A stretch of 64,000 bases of DNA from an uncultured bacterium (GTDB lineage: Bacteria; Patescibacteriota; Gracilibacteria; BD1-5; UBA6164): positions 22,981-86,980 of the forward strand of contig CALNYL010000013.1 of assembly GCA_942490775.1 (NCBI GenBank). Direction: 5' to 3'. Positions 58,225 through 64,000 of this stretch are shown here, in pieces. Each line of letters starts with the position of its first letter. Position 1 is the stretch's first letter. The notes under the pieces were generated by a model, which was not told the DNA's origin, searched no databases, and saw only the letters and a list, made by a program, of their open reading frames with translations. The position numbers and the translations under genes are program-made.

Positions 58225-59766
58225 ATGTTTTATTTTTTGAAGATAAATAGGAGGATTTTTTTTAGTAGTGCTAGGTTGCAATTTGAGAAATTAATAGAAG
58301 GTGGATGAGAAATTAGAAAAAAACATGAACAAAAAAGAATAAATGAAAGAGAAGAGCATTTTACAAAGTTCTTTGATGCTATAAATCAAGAAAATCAATA
58401 TTTAGCTGATTTGAAGTTATTAGCTAGTAAACGGAAAGGTATTGATAATCTTGATGAACTTGATGAATATGATAAAGCTGTTCTAAAAAAGGATTTAATA
58501 GAAATGCTTAATCTGATTCATTTACATGATAATCCAAATGGTTCTACAAAATTTTTAAAAGAAGCTAGAAAAAAAGCTAAAAAAGAAGGTAGTTCTCTTT
58601 CATATGTTATTCATAACAAAAAAGATGAAAATAAAAATAATATAAGAAATTATGCTACCCCTAGAGAAAATGAAGTTGATTTGATAAAGGATCTTAAAGA
58701 ATCTAAAAATAAATTAGTTGATTATCTAAATGGTAAGTGAGTAACTATTACAGAAGATGGAAAGGTAGAAGTGAAGGATGATGATATAACGAACTTAGAG
58801 AAAAAAATAGCTGCATTAAATAATACAGATTATAAGGTACAAAAATGAAAAGAACAAAGTTATAAAACAGTAGATGATTATAAAGAAGAGCTTGAAATTG
58901 CAAGGGATAGACTATCGGCTCAATTAAAATTAGATAATTTAAGAGAAAGTTCTGTTAATATTGTTAATATTGAAGAAGAAAGACTAAATTTAAGATTATA
59001 TATAGAAGAATGGAAGTGAGTACCTATTGAAAGTCTTGATAATTATTATCTAGATATAGATGATATAGAGGTGATTATACAAGATATGGAAAAAACTAAA
59101 GATGAGTATAAAACAAGAGATGATTTTTCTGATTTAGTTCTTGATCTAGAAAAGAATATAAAAAAGTTTAAAGAATATCTTAAATCTAAAATAGATTCTA
59201 ATAAGAAAAATGAAAATGATCCTGAAAAGGAAGTTCTTAGAAAGCCTGAGAAAACTGAGGAATTAATTAGATCAGAAGAATCAGTAGAACCAGTAGATAA
59301 ACATGTAGCAACAGAAAAAGAAACAGATACTGTTGTCTGAAAAGAAAAACATAAGGGTTGAGCTTCTTGTAATTGGAAAACAAGAAAATGTACTAATCTT
59401 TCAGAAAAAGAAAGAAGGGTTCCAGTTAATAAAATAAAGCCTAAAGAACAAGAAGAAAGTTATGTAGATAGACCCAAGGAATATGAAAAACTGAAGGCAT
59501 ATATTAAGTCAGCAATAAGTAAAATAGAAAGTTATTATTTTCGTGATGAATGAATTGGAAACTTTGATTATAAGGAATATTTGACTAGACTAAGTGAAGC
59601 ACTAGAAGTAATGGATAAACAAAATCTATTAACTGAAGATGTAAAAATGAACTTAGGACACTTTACTCATATAATAGACTCTTATTACTCCATAGTAATG
59701 AAGTGAGAAAATCCTAATAACTTAGCGATTAAAAATAAAGTAGATAATCTTTTAAAAATAGCTTAA
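58225..59766 (+). CDS. Hypothetical coiled-coil-rich protein (513 aa)
   Basis: ATG 58225. Joins track ORFs 58411-58740 and 59071-59340 in one frame. K/E/D-rich. Confidence 0.6.
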
Positions 59767-59798
59767 TTTTTTGAAAAAATATTTTTCCTTCATATAAT

Positions 59799-59829
59799 AA
59801 AAACTATACTCTCTAAAAGTATAGTTTTT
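59799..59829 (+). terminator. Rho-independent terminator
   Basis: AAAACTATACT-CTCTAAA-AGTATAGTTTT followed by TA TTT. Confidence 0.55.
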
Positions 59830-59850
59830 ATTTATGTTAAAATTTTATTT

Positions 59851-60960
59851 ATGAAAAAAGAATTATTAGAACTTACCCATAGCCTACTAAACATTCACTC
59901 CATCTCATCCGATATAAAAAAACTTAACGAAATAGTAGACTTCACTCACAAATACATAAAAGAAAATACAACAAAAAAACATTTCTCAGAAAAACTAGAG
60001 TTTGAAAATAAACCCTCTTTAATAGTAAAAAACTTTGATTGAAAAAAAGCAGACATAATACTAAACGGTCACCTCGATGTAGTCCCACCAAGCGATGAAA
60101 ATCAATTTGATTTCTATGAAAAAAACTGAAAACTCTATGGAAGATGAACCTGAGATATGAAGTGATGAATTGCCATTTTAATAAAACTTATGATAGAAAT
60201 CATAAATTCAGAATTTACAGATAAAAAAATAATGCTTATTTTAAATACCGATGAAGAAGTTTGATGAGAAAATTGAGCAAAAGAGATTACAGAACTTGGT
60301 TATATTTGAGATGTAGTTTTGATACCAGATGCTGGTTGAATAAATAGCATTGTGTATAAAGAAAAATGACTCTGTGATATAGATTTTGAAATAAATGGTA
60401 AAGCCTCTCACAGTGCAGAACCTTGGAATTGAGACGATGCTATAGAAAAAACTTATGAGTTTTATAGAGAAGTAAAAAAAGCATTAGAAAAAAAAGAAAT
60501 AATATATGGATGAAAAAATGGTAGATGGTGAAACTCTGTGGTTATATCTAAAATCTCAGGTTGAGAAGCTACTAATATGGTTTGTGGTTTAATTAAAGGA
60601 CATTTAAATATTAGATTTACAGAAGAAATAACACCAGAAAAGTTAAAAAGTGTGGTTAATGATTTACTTGAAAAGTATAACTGAAAAATGTTAAGCTTCT
60701 TTATAGGATCTCTTCTGTATAGCCCTAAAGATAATGAGCATATACAAAAATATTTAGAGATATGTAAAAAAAAGATTTGAAATAAAGTTGGCTTAACTCA
60801 TGAACATGGAGCTTCTGATGGAAGATACTTTGCTGAAAAATGATCTGTTGTTATTTTTCACAAAGCCGATGATTTTTGACTTCATTCTAAGTGAGAATAT
60901 GTTGTAGTGGATGATTTAGAGAAAGTTTATAAATGTTATAAGGAGTTTATTTTTGGGTAG
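59851..60960 (+). CDS. M20-family metallopeptidase (ArgE/DapE/CPG2-like)
   Basis: 369 aa. Motifs LNGHLDVVPP, YGRGTGDMKGG, NTDEEVGGENG, HEHGASDGRYF. Confidence 0.85.
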
Positions 60961-61045
60961 AAAATGTAAAAAAACTAGGATTAAGATTAGTACTATTAGT
61001 TTTTTTTATATTAAATAGGATTTTATTATTTAATAAATAATTTTT

Positions 61046-61255
61046 ATGAAAGATTTTTGGTGAACTTTATTATTTTGATTAGCAATATGACAGGTAATTC
61101 TAGTGTTATTTCTAGTTGTTGTATTTGTTATTTCTTGTATATTTTTGTATAAATGATTTAAAAAGAAAAAATGAATTATTTATAAGTCTATATGGGGAAT
61201 AATTTTATGATTTTCTATAGCTTTCTTTGTATCCTTTAGTGATGTTTCTTTATAA
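61046..61255 (+). CDS. Small membrane protein (69 aa)
   Basis: Two hydrophobic segments. TAA 61253-61255. Confidence 0.4.
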
Positions 61256-62212
61256 TTATTGAAATATTTTTTGGGAGGGGTATTTATCTTATAAAGATGA
61301 CAAAATAAAGGAAGAACAAATAATTAGTAAACAACAAAAATACAGAGAATTATTGAAACCAAGTATAGAAGAATTTTCTTTAGCAAAGTTAAAAGAGTTT
61401 GATAATGTTTCTTTTTATAATTCAGATGATGATTTTTAAGTGAACTTATTTCTAAAATAGAAAATGCTAAAGAGAGAGTTTATGTAGAACTTTCTTGGTT
61501 AAATGATGAAAATTTGATATGAGCAATTAAGAAAGCTAATAGTGGATGAATTGATTTGAAGATTATTATAGAGAAAGAACATCTTGGAATACCCAATACA
61601 ACTTTTAATGCTGAATTTAAAGATCCTTGACTAAATATATCTTATCTTGATTCAGTTAGGTTAAACTTCATTATTATTGATAATGATGTTATTATTTTAG
61701 ATTCTGGAGACTTGCTTTTTTCTGTTGTTATAAAAGATGAATTATTCTTAAAAACTATGCTTGATGTATTTTCAAGTGATTTTATTTGAGAAGTTTTACC
61801 GTTCTATCATGATAATCTTCTTTTATGACCAGAGTATTTATCAAAAAAGTTAGAAAACTTTATTGATTCTGCTCAAAAAGAAATTTATATATATACCAAT
61901 GATATTAATGATGATTTTTTATTACCATTATTGTATAGAAAATCTGGACAATGATTAGATATAAACATTATTACTAATCAAAATAAAGTAAATAATGATA
62001 TAATTGAGAAATTAAAAGGTAAATGATTAAGGATAAAAGATAATCGGTATGGTAATTTTGATTTTGTTTATATTTTGATTGATGGAAAATATCTTTATAT
62101 TTGAAATGAATCTGATTTTTTTAATAAAAGTAGAAGTTTAGGAGTTATTTTAAAAGATAAGTGAGTCATACATAAATTCTTAGAAAAGTTTAATTTAGAT
62201 TTTAAAAAATAA
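61242..62212 (+). CDS. PLD-like (two-repeat) domain protein with degenerate HKD motifs; frame broken once at a T5 run
   Basis: ATG 61242 frame stops at TAA 61437-61439. The continuation LSELISKIENAKERVYVELSWLNDENLIGAIKKANSGGIDLKIII ... FDFVYILIDGKYLYIGNESDFF has no start of its own. The two join if one T is added at 61433-61437. Catalytic His and Lys are not conserved. Confidence 0.55.
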
Positions 62213-62217
62213 TTTTT

Positions 62218-63267
62218 ATGCAAAAAAAATATTATAAAGTAGCAGATAGACCCGATAGTCAGATAGAGGCTTTTAAAAATCGTTATGATTTTGTTAGTGA
62301 GGATGAAATAAAAAATGTGTTCTTGAAAAACTGATATGAGGTTGAGTCGCTTGAGAAGTCTAGTAGTTGGTGAACTGCTCATTTGATATATTATGCTAAG
62401 ATAGTATGAAAAAAGGATAGACTAGTTTTTAGGTCTAATTCTTGAGATAAGTGAGGCTTTATAAAGCCTGAGATAGTTATGTTATCTGAGAAATTAATAA
62501 CAGATAAGGTTCTTGAAATATGAGTTTCAACAAATAAGATTTTGTTTGTTGATATATCTAGAAAATATTTTCCTTTTGATTATCAAATAGAAGAGGAACT
62601 TTTATGAGTTGACCCTGAAAAATATATTGATAATTATTCTAAATTTTTAGGTAAAAAAGAGGATTATGATAAATTGTCTTATGAATTGTGACAAAGTGTA
62701 GCAAAATATTCAGATATAAAATTTAACTGATTTTGATTATTTGATGAGGATAAAATTATTAGTTGAGATATAGAGTGAATTGATTCAAACTTTTATGATT
62801 ATATAACAACAAATCTTGAAGAGCATCTTAGTTTTTTATTAGTAAATAATGTTATAGATAAAAATATATTTGATAGAATCTTAGGTATTTATAAGTATCA
62901 TAAAGATTTAATAAATGATTGTGAGTCTTGTTTAATTCATCATGATTTAGCAGATCATAATTTGACCTATGATGTTGATAAAAAGTGACTTTGAGCTATA
63001 TTTGATTGGGAAGCTATGGTTCTTTGAGATTCTATGCTTGATTTGTGAAGTTGCCCAACTTGGGAAACCCACTACCCTAGAAAAAACCTATTAGTTCAAT
63101 GATATAAGTCAATTAAAAAGTTGCCAGATAATTATGAGACTAGAATGAATTTGTATGAACTTAGGACATGGATTTGGAAAATAATGTTTTCTATTAAGAT
63201 GAATTTTGATAAAAAGTTATTGAATAGTTGGATTAATAGTATGAATACTGTTTTGAAGGAGTTTTAA
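62218..63267 (+). CDS. Aminoglycoside phosphotransferase / choline kinase-family kinase (349 aa)
   Basis: CLIHHDLADHNLTYD and AIFDWEAMVLGDSMLDL correspond to the catalytic-loop HxDxxxxN and DFE/DWE motifs of the APH fold. Confidence 0.8.
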
Positions 63268-63285
63268 TTTATTAAAAATAATAAT

Positions 63286-63957
63286 ATGAATGAACTAAGT
63301 ATAGATAATAGAATAAAATTTAAAACTATAGAATTAAAGCAGGGAGAAGTTTATAATATATCTTGAAAAAATGAAATAGTAACTGTTGTCTCTTGAAAAG
63401 TTAATGAGAGAATGAAGTGAACTCTAAAAACTTTTGAATCTTCTGTTTATCATAATTGAAATATAAAAGCAGATGAAGACACTTTACTAACAGTTTTTGA
63501 AATAGAAAATATAGATATTATTTTAGATAAAGTTGATTTAGATAGTGAATTTTGAGATTTTTGTAGAAAAAATTGGAAACAACTTAGAGAGTTGTATGAT
63601 GTAGAAGGATTTGAAAAAGTAGATTTATATAGATGAAATCAGATTGATTATGAATTTGCTTGAGAAAGTTATAAGTTTAATTTACGGTTTTGTTGAGCAA
63701 ATACAGATTGTCTTTGGCATAATGAACATAATTTTATAGAAATTCATACAAATATTGCCTGAATTTGAAATATGCAAAAATCTTTGGATTGAACAGATGA
63801 GTGATTAGTTGAGACTGTTTCTTTGGGGATATGAGCGACTCATAGAAAGTTTAATGTAGCTTCAGAATTTGAGGAAAATGGAAATCCTAAATATCCTTTT
63901 CATAGGTGGCTTGGATGACCTAGCTGAAATATATGGATGGCAATTGAAAAGTATTAG
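63286..63957 (+). CDS. Hypothetical protein (223 aa)
   Basis: ATG 63286 to TAG 63955-63957 with many TGA=Gly codons. No motif recognised. Confidence 0.55.
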
Positions 63958-63967
63958 AAATTATTTT

Positions 63968-64000
63968 ATGTCTAAAATGTTAAATGTAAATTTTGAGAAC
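63968..64000 (+). CDS. Start of an ORF running off the window
   Basis: ATG 63968, MSKMLNVNFEN... Only 11 codons are visible. Confidence 0.25.
   Translation, partial: MSKMLNVNFEN

Noticed and set aside
1-64000. The alternative explanation that TGA encodes Trp (code 4, Mollicutes-like).
   Set aside because: TGA positions coincide with invariant Gly in P-loops and other motifs, not with Trp positions. Conserved Trp residues are encoded by TGG.

Overview
This is a strongly AT-rich bacterial window in which TGA is a sense codon. TGA falls on invariant glycines: the Der, RecF and ABC P-loops, DTPGH of LepA, and GKDQ/PGLDG of TrpRS. TGG still encodes Trp. This is genetic code 25, as in the candidate phyla Gracilibacteria and Absconditabacteria (SR1). 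The supplied standard-code ORF track is therefore fragmented, and many of its longest ORFs are antisense shadows.

I retranslated by hand with TGA=Gly, using only TAA and TAG as stops. This gives about 70 tightly packed genes.

- **Housekeeping genes:** trpS, leuCD, der, miaB, mraY, lepA, gatC, recF, lgt and tRNA-Cys.
- **Transport genes:** an NhaD-like antiporter, a SulP transporter, two ABC exporter paralogs and an MFS transporter.
- **Envelope hydrolases:** NlpC/P60, an 859-aa M23 peptidase and an M20 peptidase.
- **Defence:** an AbiEi/AbiEii toxin-antitoxin pair.
- **Other recognisable genes:** a radical SAM/SPASM enzyme and an AAA+ ATPase.
- **Mobile-element relics:** two decayed transposases, one ISNCY-like and one IS66-like.
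- **Orphan island:** about 10 kb (29.3-39.3 kb) of orphan and paralogous genes.

Structure that gene calls do not explain:
- A family of at least 12 relatively GC-rich hairpin repeats (GTAGCC-stem-loop-stem-AATTCAAG-TAGRGTT) at gene ends. Two of them are read as protein tails.
- Three copies of an ABC-gene 3' end bracketing the AbiE cassette.
- A 99-nt duplication of the lepA 3' end flanking a lipoprotein gene.
- 89-nt direct repeats flanking an orphan gene.
- Single-site frame breaks at short homopolymers or an (AT)n run in conserved genes (der, recQ-like, sulP, PLD-like). These may be assembly errors.

No CRISPR array and no rRNA were seen. I found no defence or secretion system that I can name beyond AbiE. 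The best candidates for something new are the repeat family and the orphan island. All calls rest on manual translation and motif recognition; no searches were run.
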